A DNA stretch of 64,000 bases from Paramecium tetraurelia (GCA_000165425.1 CT868072.1:62001-126000); one strand, 5' to 3'; positions 29,577-44,123 are shown, counted from the first letter of the stretch. The notes: generated from the letters alone by a model not told the origin. Translations and numbers: made by a program.

Positions 29577-32500
29577 ATGAACGTAGAAGAGTTAAAGGAA
29601 GCTATTAAAAGAATTGGGCAGTGTTAATAAGAGTAAGCTGAATACACTAATAATAGGTCTTAATATGAGTTGGATATTGTGTGGCAGCAAATCCAGCACC
29701 CTGTTGGATTCGATTTATTGTTTCAATGTGCAAAGAACGTAATCGAATTCAGACAATACACACTGTTTTGGAAAGTAAGTACCATCTTATTATGAATAGT
29801 CTGCGAATAAAATCTTGATGCACATAGTGAAGTTGTGTTTAAATAATCAGGATTAATTGAAAGCCTGGGAGACACTGCGTCTAACCATAGATCCAGATAA
29901 ACATTTTTACAAATGCCATGAGTTAGTATAGATGGATGAGGATCAGGTATTAGAATCCAAAAGATTTTTAGTTTTCGCACTAGGAATTCTCTTAATAGGA
30001 GTTTTGTGCTAATCTATAGGAAGGATAAGATGTGGATGCATTATATGAGGATGAAAAGGGCAATGTGATAGGATGGTGTAGGGCAAATATCGTGAAGATT
30101 AATGAGAAATATGTGTGGGTTAAGTGGCATGAAAATGATGAAAAGAGAAAGATTGCTCGATATTCAATGGATTTGGCGCCGTATAAAAGTCAAGTGACAG
30201 ATGAAGAGTGGCAATGGAGACATTCCCTTAATGCTGGCGATATAATAGATTGTTTCGATAATCGTGTATGGTAGAATGCTACAATTGTTACTGCTTTGAA
30301 TGAAGAAGATAAGGAGTATGTCGTTGGATTTAGAGTGTATGATGAGAAGGGCAATTAGTATGACTCATAAAGCAGGAGATTCTTTGGTTGGAATCAATAA
30401 TATGACGAAAGAATCAAGGCAGTGAGTCCAAGAATTCAGAAAAGAAATGTATTTTCAAGAGGACAGCCCTCTAATCCTCATTGTCAAGAGGAAAATATCC
30501 ATGATTGCAATGATTTCCTCTATCCAAACACGGATTATGCAGTGCCTCGATTTTAGACCAAATAGGCTAGGAGATCAATTGTTATTTGCGAAATGATCAA
30601 TGAATTCGGACGTGCTGGGTTATTTTAACACATCTTAGATTAGATTCTCAATAAATGCACCATTGATTTCTTACATAGTTATATGGTAGTGTTGAATAAT
30701 TTCCATGAAATGTTACATAGAGAATTTGTTTCGGCATACGTTCCCTAATTGTTTGAAGCAGTCCAAAATAATATTTTGTTATCAGCTGATAACAATCTTA
30801 GAAACTTTTCATCCTAAAAGATAACTGATATTTTACAAGCATTGAACAATTTATTGAAAAGAGTGTATGCATTGCAAAAAAGATAGGAAATGATAGATAG
30901 ATTGGATTTGGATATAGCGTATAAGTGTTTTACCAGTGACTTTTTAGAGAGAAAGATTTAAGGTTTGAAGGCTATTTAGGAGGTGATAAAGAAGTCAAAG
31001 GATCAATATAATCAATACGGAATGTAGGAATGGTAGAAACAAGCAACTACTTAAATGATATTGGAATGGTTGAATGAGAAGAAGATCTTTGAGAGTCTGT
31101 ATGTTGGGTCTGGAAATTCGCATTTAGTATAGAGAAGTGCAGAATTCTTTAAGTTTTTAATAGAGGAAAAAATGATCAGTATTAATAATTTCAAGGACAT
31201 ATGGAATAGTTTGGATAAGGCTGAATATGAACATAAGTTAGCTATCTTTAAGTTATTCAAAGACGTTTCAAATTCGTTAGAGAAGGAGTGGTTAGATTTC
31301 TTGACTGATGCTGTGTGCACTAAGGATCCTAAGGATGTCACTAAGGATGATTTAGAGTTGCTGCTGGATATAATAAAGATGAATTTTAGATATAAAGATG
31401 AATATATCTAGAAGTGTTGCAATTACTATTGGACAATGTTGAAGAGCGGATAATTGAACTAGACAATGTAGGAATAATACATATCATATTACATTGATTA
31501 AGTCACTTAATATGAAATGAGACCACACAAAGGAGCTTAGATTAGTATGATTGGGGAAAGTATTGTGAATGGAGAATAAGTGAATGTAGGTTTGAGAGTG
31601 TTGATCAAATTGATAGAGAAACTGGATATCTAGCCAGCAGCTTGGGAATAATACACTAGAAATGTGGCTTTGACAGACTTGGAAAGTAAATTCAAAATAG
31701 TGGAGGAGATAATCAAATCTATTCCTGAATTGAAGAAGTAGAAGGATTATTTGGAGGAAATCAAGGTTAGAATGCAATTCATCTAATTCTTCTATCAGAA
31801 CATAAATACTTATGAATACAGATTAACTTTCAAGATAATTTCAAGCATATGGGAATAATTGGTTTGTTAATCATCAAATCAACAGGAGAAGGATCTTGTG
31901 TATAAGTGGTTTAGTGCCTTATCGACTTAGGATGGTCAATCTCAATTAACATCGATGGTGGCTATTTAAGATCTCAAGGCCTTCTTCAATGAGAAGATGA
32001 CAAATGACCTAATTCAGTTGACTGAAGAAGGATTTAATTGTTTTAAGACAGTAATGACAGCAATAAATAAATAAGATGATAACAGTTTTGGTCTTGATGT
32101 ATTGTGGCAAATGATTTTGGAAACTGAAAATGAAAAGGTCTCATAATCTGCAATAGATTATTATCTTTAATTTGAAAGCACATTAGATGTGTTATTCAAT
32201 AAATTACAAGAGAATAGAAACAATGATCAGAAATTACACAGATGTTTGCTGGTATTGGAAGGATTCATAGATCAAAGTGAGGTCAATGGAGTAGGCAATT
32301 TGAAGAGTTTAAATGCTTTATCACAAGGAGAAGAATTGTAAATTTAGGTTTCATATGAACATGGAAATTAAAAGAAGTTTACTATTAAAATTAATGATAA
32401 CCAAACTATTATTGAGTTGAGATTGGCAATAAGCAAAGTCATTAAATAATAATGGGATTCCATTGGATTGAATAGTTTGAAAGGAGAAATTAAGTTTACA

Positions 32501-35500
32501 GAAAATGGAAAAATGATCAAAGATTTAAGATTAAAAAAGGGAGAAATCATAATGGTTTTCAGAAAGTAAGTTAAAGAAATACAAGAGGCTAGTCTCTTAG
32601 ATGGAGATGTGTTATCAGAGGGTGCAAAATAAGTATTTGGAGAGATCTTTAGTGAATATTCTACTGATGGTAAAATGAGTAAGGAAGATTGCACTCGATT
32701 TGTTACTGGATGTACAGGCAATCCTTGTAGTATTGATGATGCCAATATCCAAAGAACATTCGAATAATATGATAAAGACAAAGATTCCATTCTGACTTTG
32801 AGTGATTTCTTCGACTTTTACACTGATTCTGCAAGGACCAAGAAATCAACAGTCTGGCTCAATCTCCAAACCTTACATTACAGAAATGATCTAATCAGAG
32901 GAGATAGAGTACCCCTACCCTAAGTCAATGCTTAGTTATTGCCCAGAGGATAGATTGTGTAGAATCAAAGATATTTGGATTTGCTCTTTGAACTTTTACA
33001 GAATTCTAGTATTGAAGTTTAAGAGAAGACTTGGTATTTATTGAGGAGGTTGCCTCCCTCCCCTTAATTGATTAAATAGATGCTCACCTTTGAGAACATC
33101 TAATAACCAACTGATTGGGATCAGATCTTAGTTAGCAGTCATTACAGATTACTTTACAGTCTATATATCATTGAGTTTCTGATGAATCAACATGACTCGA
33201 ATAATTTGTAAGCATTGATAGATGATCAAGAGATTTTGGTGTTAAAGGATAAATGGATGAGCAAGTTTTTACAACTTGGAGGATTTGATAAATTATTGCA
33301 ATTCTTTAAATAATATTAAGGTAGAAGTGTGAGTACATTGCCTCAAATCGAAAAAGAAATCTTGTCATTTCTTTTAAAAACATTCCAAAATTATGTTATT
33401 GCTGCTTGTGCCTCTAATGTACCTAATTTGTACAAGGCATCAAGGGGTATTCAAATCATCAAACCTTTGGATCAAGTGTTACTCGATATTAGATAATCTG
33501 AGGATCCTGAGGAGTTTAAATTACTGGTGCAAAAATTGAAAGAGAGTCGTCTTGGTGATAGTATAACTGAGAAGATCGAGAAATTCATTGGTGTTTTAAT
33601 CAACTTGATTTAAGAATTGCTTAAGAGTAATGAATTAGAATAGGAAGATAGATAGATTATTGAACATAGTGTTATAGTAATAATCGTAATCTTATTGCAT
33701 AATTAAGAATTACTTACAAGTAGCATAGAAAATGTCGAGTTCATTAATATTTTCTTCAGTGGAATCTTTACTGATAAATCTGATACTGTACGTAACTTAT
33801 TTAGTAGAGCAATACTAGTGCTTTGTCATGAAAGTCAGAAACGAAACAATCAACCTACCAAAATTATATTATAACAATTGATTTCCATGTAAAATCAATA
33901 AGCCAATTCATCCTAATATTATGAATTATTAAGTCAATTGATCGACAGTGCCTTTGAGAGTGAAGACTCTTAATAATTCATTGATTATCAACAATTGGCA
34001 TAATAAGTGATTGATGGTTTGGTTAATCATAAAAGTGTAGAGACAAGATAAAAGTCAACGGTTGTTGATAAGGTCCTTGTTGGTCTATTGAACCTATTGA
34101 CCAAATTGTACAAATTCATTAAGTAGCCAATCCATGAAATCATATTTAACGATTGCTTGTTTAGTCTTTAAGAGGAGAAGGAGGTGAAATGCAAATCGAG
34201 TGAAAGTAGATAAGCTGCATTCAAATTGCTTTACTAATTATCTTATCAGTAGAATAATTGCGAGAACATTCTTTTAAATATGTAATAGTTGAGTTAGAAG
34301 ATCCCAGTTATCAATAGGTGGAATTACATACCTTCAAGCGATATGAGAAGTTCCTTTGGCTACTGCGGAATAAGAAACCTTAGATGCATTTGCTATATGA
34401 ATGCCATGCTTCAACAGTTTTATATGACCATTCCTTTTAGATATGGTATCCTATAAGCTGATGACGGCAAAGAACCTGATCTTTAATAAAGCAAGACAGG
34501 ATTTTAGTTTGACGACAATGTTCTTCATCAATTACAATAAATGTTTAGTTATCTTGAGTTATCTGATCGAGTTGATTATAATCCCTAGGAGTTTTGTGCA
34601 GCATTCAAAGATTATGCAGGAGAACCAGTCAACATTTTCATTCAATAGGATGCTCAGGAATTTTTGAATATGATTTTTGATAAGCTGGAGAATCTCCTTA
34701 AGAATACAATCTATAAGAATATTTTAGATGGAGTTTTTGGAGGCAAAACCTGTACCTAAATTGAATGTCAGAATTGTAAGGCAATAAAGAACAAGGATGA
34801 GATATTTTATAATTTGTCTGTTCCTATTAAGAATCTCAAAAATCTATAAGAATGTTTCGATAAGTTCGTGTAAGGTGAAATCATCTCAGATTTTAAATGC
34901 GAGAGTTGCAATTAAAAGGTTGAAGTCAGTAAGAGATAATTGTTAGCTTAATTACCAAATGTTTTGATATTACATTTATAAAGAATTGTATTCAATTTGG
35001 ATACATTCATGAATGAAAAAATTAACTCTCGTCTAGAATTCCCAATTAATTTGGATTTAGCATAGTATACTATAAATTAAGATTAATGTACCTAATATAA
35101 GTTGGTTGGCATAGTAGTTCATTTGGGAACTGCTGACGTAGGACATTATTTTAGTTATATTGATATCAAAACTCAAAATTAATGGTTAGAATTCAATGAT
35201 CATAAAATTAAGGAATTCAAATTAAAATAAATGGAGAATGAATGCTTTGGTGGTCAATCTAATTTAGAATACAACGATAATGATGTTTGGGGGAACGGTT
35301 TTAGAGAGAACTCTTAAAATGCTTATATGCTGATTTATGAAAAGGTTGAAAAGGACAAAATTCAATTAGAATTCAACTCTTAAGAGGAATTACAGTTATC
35401 ATTGTCCAAATTTGAGAATTACACTATTCAACCAAATAATGTACTATTAGTAGATTATAATTCATTCCAACCGCATATTCCTAGTCAATATCATAAGAAG

Positions 35501-37603
35501 GTGAACAGTGATAATCAATAGTTTTTATTAGAAAGGAATCTTTTCAATCAAGAATTCATGAAATTCATATTGGAGATAAGTAACTTTGCGAATAGTGATA
35601 ATGCAACTGTGATAATAGAAATTCTCATTCGATTTAACTATGATTTATTGGCTCGTGCCTATGATAATTCTATTTCAGAACAATTTAACACAAAGATCTT
35701 GCAACTGATTCAGTAATATCCCAATAGCAACTATCTAGATTTGATATACTTTGGAAAACAAGCCAAAGTATTAGATCTCTTGCTGGTTTGCCCAGAATCT
35801 AGAACTCGTAAATACTTCGGGAAATTGTTAGCAACTTTATTCAATCAAGCAATTCAAATTCAAGGGGAAATCACAGAAAAGATTTCTGAGGGATTAGATC
35901 AATTATTCCTTATGATATAAGATCAAGTACCTAAGAATTGGACACGCTTTGATTAATATTTCTAATTTTGGCTAGACTTCATTCAGGAAGGTAAAGTCTA
36001 GATTTCATATTGTTTGAAGAAAGAAATGATTTTGTACATGATTGATTTCATTCTGGATAAGAGCAGTCCCTTGTAGTTATATGAAAAGAAGACTCAAATG
36101 GGAAATGCCTACTTTCCAATCAATTGTTAAATCCCTATGCAAATTATAAGCACTCTACTTTAATAAAATCATAAACTCACTCTCCAAGAGAAGAAATTGC
36201 TTTATTCACCTAAATTTTATGACAAGGCTCTTAAAAGTACAAAAATTGAAGAACTAACTCCAATCATACTTAAATTTGCTTATAACAATCGATATTTTTC
36301 AGAAATAATATCAGGATGTATTATGAGAGGTCTTGGAAATGGGGATATTGATGAGTTCAAAAACTATCTCTAAATGGCCAAACCATTCTTGTTAATCAAA
36401 GACAATCTATAAATTGAACGTTTGGAATGGCTAGTAGGAATCCCCTCATCGAAATAGAAGGACTCAACTAAGGTTTATGATAGTCAACTTACAGAGTATC
36501 CACAATTTGGACTTTTTGGATTGACCAGTTTAGAAGAAGATTACTGGACATTTGCTAGTCCTTTGGGATGGTAAAATAGTCTCTTTGATAATTTCTGTTC
36601 TCACAGGACCATTAAGAATTTGGATAATCAATGTTTGTTAATCCTTAAACTACTATTAATGATTAGTCTCGAATGTGAGACCTGTTATGATTATGTCTCC
36701 AAACTGCCTTGTGTTAATTATCAATATGTAATTATTCGTTTTCATTTTAATAGAAATAAATGGAGGAAATCTTCAGAGCATTCATTGAAACCTACATCAT
36801 AGATACAAAACGATTCTATTCCCCATTTCCTCGAAAACAAGAAACCGAGGAGGTGAAGGGCTACTTGGATTAATATTTTACCAAAGTGTCACAGATTCAT
36901 AATGAATTCTAACCTCAATTTGATTATATCATTGGAAAGACAGTAGAGATGAATAAAGTTAGAAAAACCTATTTCCTGTACAATCCTAACACAAAGGAAG
37001 AAACATAGATAGATGAAGGATCTGAGGGTTTCCCAGAAATCAAACAGTAGATCGAAGAAGGTAATTTGCAAAAGGTACTTACAATGGAAGTAATTAATAC
37101 GTTAATAATTCATATAGGAAAAGATATATAAAACAAATGTGTGCGATAATCTACCTAATGGAACTACCAATGAGTCCTTACCTTAATAATACGTTAAAGG
37201 AACCTAAATTCTTACTTATTCTGTGGATCCCAATTGTTAAGCTGCCAACTTCCTCTAATCCAATGCCTGGAGTGCTGAGAGTGACGAAAAAGCCACAGTA
37301 AGTAATCCAAGAATTGCTGATACGGTTAAATAGATTTAGATTCAGAATCACACAAATAGAAATTTACATGTGATCTTAGAAATCAAAGGTGAACCTAATC
37401 CTTGCCATTACATTCCCAAATCCAAAATACAATCACTTATGAGCTCTAAGAGTTCGACTACAATGTTCACAGCCATTAAAAACAACTGTAATTAGGAATT
37501 CCCACCACTTTAATTGACATTAGTGTATAAAAAATAAGAGCCGAGACAAGACTCTTACCTATATTTATCGTCTTAAGAAGAAATGAATTTGGAATTATTA
37601 TGA
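29577..37603 (+). CDS. Large ubiquitin-specific protease (USP9X/USP24/USP34-like, peptidase C19)
   Basis: Cys box GIRNLRCICYMNAMLQQ (about 34367), QQDAQEF, His box GIVVHLGTADVGHYFSYI..WLEFND, and LERKIQGLK in the helical region. It also has Tudor/chromo-barrel-like, UBL-like and EF-hand segments. One frame is kept from about 29982 to 36727. Confidence 0.92.
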
Positions 37604-37753
37604 TATATCTATAAAAATATATATACAACATTTATTCTTAAATTCATTATCATTCAAAATACTAAATCCAATTAAAAATCCCAGAGCAACTCATGCAGAA
37701 AAATAGATATATATATATATATGAATTTCGTTTGTTTAATTAAATACAAAAGT

Positions 37754-37866
37754 GGGGGGGTCTTTCGACCTCTAAAAATTTATGTAAGTCACCGGTATGA
37801 GCCCAACCCACGGTAATCTTTAGTAAAAGGCGAAAAATTAGCACGTTATAGGGTGAGCTCGGTGAT
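37754..37866 (-). ncRNA. U5: U5 spliceosomal snRNA
   Basis: The minus strand reads ATCACCGAGCTCACCC..TAATTTTTCGCCTTTTACTAAAGATTACCGTGGGTTGGGCTC..GGTGA..AAATTTTTAG-AGGTCGAAAGACC. This gives invariant loop I GCCUUUUAC, pairing stem arms, an Sm site and a terminal GAAA-tetraloop hairpin. Confidence 0.96.
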
Positions 37867-37921
37867 GAATGACTTATATATTAATTTTAATTTACTTAAA
37901 TATCAAATCCAATTTTCTCTT

Positions 37922-37932
37922 TTTATGGGTTT
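37922..37932 (-). promoter_or_regulatory. Putative snRNA upstream sequence element (AAACCCATAAA)
   Basis: Lies about 56-66 nt upstream of the inferred U5 5' end and matches the ACCCATAAA-type element known upstream of ciliate small-RNA genes. Confidence 0.7.
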
Positions 37933-38678
37933 TAATTTTCCATTAAAATAATTTTAAATTAAAATATTTCTTCCCTCCCTTTCTTTGGGTTTACAATCAT
38001 TGAAATTATGCCAACCATATATCACACTTTCCTTATTACTTGTAAGAAGAGAGTCTAAATCTGTTGCTTAGAGACTTTTACCTTAAAGTGATATCAAAAC
38101 TATTAATTGATAATTATAAATGGATTAAGAATCAAGATGGAATTTAATTTCCTTTATTTATATTTAGTTGCTTTGAAATGTCATATTAATAGACATCTCA
38201 TTTTGATTGGGTGTTCCTTAACATTTTTAATTCTGAAGTAATAATAAATCTACTCTGTTTTAGAATTAGTTTTCCCTTTCTATCTGTAGGTTTCCTTTCC
38301 TTATTGACTGTTCACTTCTATAGATAATTGATATGATAAAAAGAAGAAAATATAAGACTCAAATTTCCCTTTTGATATGTGTTTTTTGATTTTATAATTC
38401 TGATCGTCAACATCAATAATTACTCATGAGGTCCATTTTAAAATCCAGTATTCTAGTATTATTATCAATTAACACTATAGATATTTCATCCTATCATAAA
38501 TAATGATTGAATGGGTAAATGAAAGTATAAATAATTAATCAATTCTAGTTGGTAGGAGTAACATTGAAATTAACTTAATCTCATAGATTGACATGCTATA
38601 ATTAGAATCGAAGAGAGATGCAGATTAGTAATTTGTAATTTCATATAATTTACATTTTAATAATTTTAACAGTTAGTT

Positions 38679-39973
38679 ATGAACAAGGCTTTTCAAAGAA
38701 GTAATGATTAATAACAATAATAGAGCATTCAGACAATAGTATTCTCAAAGGCAAAACACAGCATAACACTCAACAACGAAGTCCATTGAGTACAAAAGAA
38801 AATGATATCAAATTTAAATATCCTGAAGTTCTTCGTCGAAAAGAATCCAAACCTTTGTAAGTACAAACCAATTAATCAGACATGAGATCTCCAAGTGCAT
38901 AATCTACATAATCTCCAATTAATAGTAATAATTGAATATATTCATAAGAGAGCATTCTCATTACTCATAGATCTCAATCAATGTTTTAAGATGCATAATA
39001 CATTGATTATATTATCACAAACAAAGAAGTGAATCAATTTCTTAAAAAACACTTCCTACATGAACATATGCATACAAATAGTTCCAGAAATACAAATACT
39101 AAATTGATTTGTGATTCTTGGGATAAAGTGCCTGTAACCTACTTTATTAAAGCTCTATTTAATGAGTATCCTGAAATCATAGAGGATCATCATTTAAATG
39201 AAAAATTGAACATAAAATTGAAAACTCTCATAAAAGATTTGATATCTGAAGATGGACAAGTCTTATCATTGAATAAACTATAAATCCATACTCGTCATTT
39301 AGGATTGCTGGGATTGTTGCTGACTGCTCTCAGAGACATTCAAGATGCACCTACTGTCAATCATAATACTCCTCATAATTAATCTATCTCACATGAATAG
39401 GAAATCTCTACTACTTAATAACAATAACAATAGAAGTTTCATAAGATGGCTTCAGATATGGCATAATCAGCTGAAAATAGAATTAATGAATTGGTTAATC
39501 TGAAATTGCAATAATTCACAGTCAAACAAAAAGAATTAGAAAAATAGATTTAATAATTGAAATAGAAGGCAACTGAAAACTTTGATCTGTTCTAACATGA
39601 AGCCAAAAACAAATAAGTGATCAACAATCTAACCTAATAATTACAATAAAAAGATCAAATAATTGCAGATCTAGAATAAAAACTCATTAAGAAATGGATG
39701 AACTCATCAATCGAAGAAGAAATGCATGCGAATAAGATTACCTAGCCAAAAGCATCTCCAATCAAAATTTAGAGTCCAAGCCAATCTCCCTTTTAATGAT
39801 AGCAACCAATATTTGTAAAGAATGATTAGTAACTTATGTACTGTGTGGGACTTAGGTTGTATTAATGAAGATTACAGATTTGCTTAGATTATAACAGCCT
39901 AAGAAAATAATTAAATGCCTTACTAACATTTTCAATTAATTCCCATTATAAAGACAATTCCTGGCTTCAATGA
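38679..39973 (+). CDS. Hypothetical coiled-coil protein
   Basis: MNKAFQR|..CDSWDKVPVTYFIKALFNEYPE..YCVGLRLYQ..DNSWLQ-TGA; open in code 6 after one 23-nt intron. Confidence 0.75.
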
Positions 39974-40031
39974 TTTTATTTTTAAATCACAAAACAACAA
40001 TCACATCATCACTAATTTTATTTAGAATTGC

Positions 40032-40943
40032 ATGAATAATGATAACAACATCATTTTGGATTTGTATTATGAAATTATCACTCTACTTCCAAATTTAAAA
40101 ATTAGCGATCAGGATTAATATTTAATAAATATAATGTAATTGTTTCTAAAATTAACAGTTACAATTTTGTAGATCAAAACTGTATTCAACATTAATAAAC
40201 TAAAAGAATGGGGAACCATCAAGAGACAACTTACTGAATAACAGAACTAATTTGTTAAGAATCTAATTAATCAGATAGTCTAAATTAATCAATACAGTAT
40301 CAAGTAAGTACCTCAATCCAAATTATGGAGTCAACAATAAATTTATCATGATCAATTTGTCTCAGAATTTAACAATAGACTAATTGAGAATCAAGTAATC
40401 AATAACATCTTACGAAAACAACTGAGTCAGATACATAATAAATAGAATACAAGGTTGTCTCTTATCATTAGGATTATTCAGTGCTTTTATTATAATGATG
40501 TTGAAGAATTAATTGGTCTCATGTAATCAATCCAAGGGGAAACAGATATAGACATCTATCTATCTAAACTAATCTTAGATTGCGATTGCATCAACCTAAT
40601 ATTGTTTCCTAGTTTGTTCAATCCCAAATTTGTTCTTAAATCAATTACTAACTTACTTTAATTTAAGTGTCCTGGACAATTCTACTTATTGTATACGAAG
40701 TAAGTGTGTTAAATTAGGAATATCGATCTATTGATCGACTTATTAACTAAAATGCATAACTCTATGAATTCAGATGTTGTTGTTAAATTATGGGATGTGC
40801 TTGGAGCTATTGCTAAGAGCGCAACCTTAAAGGAATGTAAAGAAGGTCTCTAATTTGTAATAAGATTATATTCAAATTCTCATCAAGCAACAATATTACA
40901 TAATATATAATAAGTATAAAAAAATTTAGCAATCCCAATCTGA
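40032..40943 (+). CDS. Hypothetical helical protein
   Basis: MNNDNNIILDLYYEIITLLP..VVKLWDVLGAIAKSATLKECKEGL..LAIPI-TGA, with a probable short intron near 40700. Confidence 0.6.
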
Positions 40944-40982
40944 TTTTTTATTTTCAAATAATATTAAATAAATTAAATTAAA

Positions 40983-42117
40983 ATGAATATTTTGAATTAA
41001 CACTAAAATGCATTTCCACATCTCTTGCCTATCATTGATAGCATGAGAGTTTACTAAGAAATGAAATTGTGGAAGCAGCTGAGTGATTAATTGTTGGTCT
41101 ACATCAAGGATCCTCAAGTCAATCAAGGAACCCATTTGAAAGATCTTTTTGAGGGCTTTGTCAAGAAGTTTTATTAGGAAATTGATGAAATGAAATTAGT
41201 GCGTATTCTCATTAAGACTGCAGAATAATATGGAGATTTCCAGAGCAGAATTGATTTCCTCAAATAATTCAAATTGGATGAACAACCTCAATTAGTCATT
41301 GAAATTTTGATTGCCTTCTTCAAGTTGTAGTAGGGACAACTATAAGAAGTTGATGAATTACTAAAACAATACAAGCAAAAAAGTGAAAAATTACAAGAAG
41401 TCGATCCACTTGTATATTCCATGCTCTACTATTTGGCATACAATTTCTACAAAATCAAGAATGTCTATGAAGAATTCTATGTGAATGCCCTTCAATATCT
41501 TGCATACACAAATGATTAAGACATGTTGCAAGAACAAAAGGTACAACTCTCATATGAGATGGCTCTTGCAGTTTTGATTTCACCAAACATCTATAATTTC
41601 AGTGAATTGTTGCAACAACCAGTGTTAGTTAGCTTAAAAGAAAGTGCCCAATACACTTGGGTCTATCAATTGTTGGATATCTTCAATAGGGGCAGTGTGA
41701 GGGAATTGAATAATTTCTAATGGAATGAGGAGAGAAAAAGAGTTATTCCCAATTTCCAAGTTTTGAATGAAAAAATTAGAATAATGGCATTTCTTGAATT
41801 AGCATTCTCTTTGCCTAAAAATAACAGGGTTTGCACTTTCGAGGAATTGTCTTAAGTGTCAGAGTTACCCTTAAGTGACATCGAAAGATTGGTAATGAGA
41901 ACCATTAGTAAGGGGTTGGTCAAAGGCAGAATCAATTAAGTAATGCTATTGTATTAATAAATTTTAGGTAAAACAAACTATTACAATTTCCTATGTTGTT
42001 CCAAGAGTTTTGACTTTGGATAAAATTGAGATTATTAATAAGAAATTCGGTAATTGGGAGAAATCATTGAATGTCTTTCTTAAAGAAGTTGAAGATGTGA
42101 GGAAGACATTTAATTGA
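40983..42117 (+). CDS. RPN9: 26S proteasome lid subunit Rpn9/PSMD13 (PCI domain)
   Basis: MKLWKQLS, FYVNALQYLAY, AVLISPNIYNFSELLQQPVL and NEKIRIMAFLEL..ERLVMRTISKGLVKGRINQ|VKQTITISYVVPRVL. Confidence 0.93.
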
Positions 42118-42223
42118 TATATATAAATGTATAAAATCAATTAATTATTCACAAAAAGTATATTTTTTGATAGATTTAATCATTAATATTTGATAGACCA
42201 CACATATTAGATGACACATACAA

Positions 42224-42903
42224 TCATAATGAATTAGAATGAATGAAAATATGGTTGCAATCACTTAATTTAATAGACTCAAATTCTAAATTTTGGTTTA
42301 TGTGAAGACTTCTTTTTCAAAGAGATATCTATGTTTTCTTTGTCGTGACCAGGTTCTTATACTGAATAACTAATGTTTCTTAATGGTTATTTGGTTATTA
42401 ATTCTATAGAGTAATTTTGTTTCTTCTTTAGAGGAGTGTATGTCGAAAATTAATCACTAACATTATTTGAGACTTATTTTAATTTTACTTTAAGATCTTC
42501 ATTTGAAACATTCAATTAATTTATGGTGATTTAATTTTCTGAATGGATCATTTTTAGAGTGGATATTTCTTGTGTGTAGTTATCCAATTTTTTAGAAAGA
42601 AATCTTTCAAATTAGGACAATTAAGTGTTGATTTTAGATATTATTTGATTTTAATCCAATTTTAATGCTATTTCATGAATAACCCATTAGCATAACTATT
42701 TATATTCGATGAGAATAGACTCTATAAGATTCCCACAGTGATAGGATTTTTTGGAAAGACAATTTAATTGAGAACCACCTCTAAAAAGTAGAAAATCAAA
42801 TATACTTGTAAGGTACTCTCATAGGAGTGATTGATTATTCAGATTTGCAAAAAGCTCTGCAATTATTTGATATGCTGGAAATACTAGAAATAGTTGATTT
42901 CAT
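42224..42903 (-). CDS. Hypothetical basic low-complexity protein
   Basis: MKSTISSISSISNNCRAFCKSEQSITPMRVPY|..HIFIHSNSL-TGA with a 25-nt intron; no recognisable domain. Confidence 0.55.
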
Positions 42904-43220
42904 ATTATTCGTTAAAATAATTAATAAAAATAAATAAAAAAATAGCTTAAGACAATTATAATTAAGAACTTTAATGAATTTTACATTGAATAAACTTCCA
43001 TTCCCAATATCGATACATTTTTAGACATTCTTATAATTTAGAATCTATAATAAGTAATTTACTAAATTATATTGGTATAACTAAATGGAACTTGAATGAT
43101 CTCGATATTGAAAATTGTAGTAGAATAACAAACTATTTCTGTTGAAATCCTTATCCATTTAAGGAATAAATTCTGTAAATTATAAGATTTTAATAATAAT
43201 TTTTATAACTAAATTTGATT

Positions 43221-44123
43221 ATGGCAGCATCTTTGCATATTTAATTTTATCTAGATAAACTGATGAAAATTGATCATGATTTAGGAGGAACAGCTGCAGC
43301 TTGTATATAATACTTATATATTTCAATAGAGAAAAAGACAGGAGATGATTTTATTAGTTTAAAAGATTCAATCCATAACTTGCTGTTTAAGTTGAGATCG
43401 AAGATCGAAGAGAAACACAAATATGCTAATGTTTAAAGAAATCAAGATGCTATAAAATTGGACATTGAAATAAGAGATCTAATCACTGATATTGAAAGAT
43501 TGTTAGATAGGCTGAATGAGGCTTTGAGAAAATAATCTAAAGATAAAAAGGTATTACAAACTCATAAAAGTTAAGAAATACCCCGAGTAGAACATCCAAG
43601 CTAAACAAAAGGCTTATTCAAATTACAGATAATAACTTTATGACTTATAATAATTGCTAGATCCAAATGCAGTCTTTGATTAATAGTAAACCAACAATAG
43701 TGTAGAAACAGTCAGTACATTGAAGATGAAATTGATGGATCAAGATGGTAGAAAGCCTCCCCCATCATAATAGATGAGTTAAGAAGAGAAGGATGCCATC
43801 TAAAGATGGAAATAGAATGATGAGTTAATGGATAAATAACTTGATAATCTTGTAGATGGTACTTAAAAATGGAAGGAGAATGCAATGGCGATTGGTGGAG
43901 TATAATTCTGAATTGATTTTTATAGAAAATTGATCATACAAGTAAATAAATTGACCATTTGACTGTTAAAGTGGATGAAACTAATGCAGAATTATACAAA
44001 TAGAATAGCTAGTTGAAGAAGATTGTCGAAAAGTACAGACAACCAAATAAGTTCTGTTTGGACATGGTTCTAGTATTCATACTAATTGGATTATGTGGTG
44101 TAATCTATGTAATCCTAAAATGA
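43221..44123 (+). CDS. Qc-SNARE, SYP7/syntaxin-71-like
   Basis: SNARE motif NDELMDKQLDNLVDGTQKWKENAMAIGG|KIDHTSKQIDHLTVKVDETNAELYKQNSQLKK and C-terminal anchor NKFCLDMVLVFILIGLCGVIYVILK-TGA. Confidence 0.85.

Noticed and set aside
37706..37722. (TA)n microsatellite between the USP and U5 genes
   Set aside because: An ordinary short simple repeat in AT-rich DNA.
38000..38620. Possible decayed minus-strand gene upstream of U5
   Set aside because: Multiple TGAs and no identifiable protein motif.
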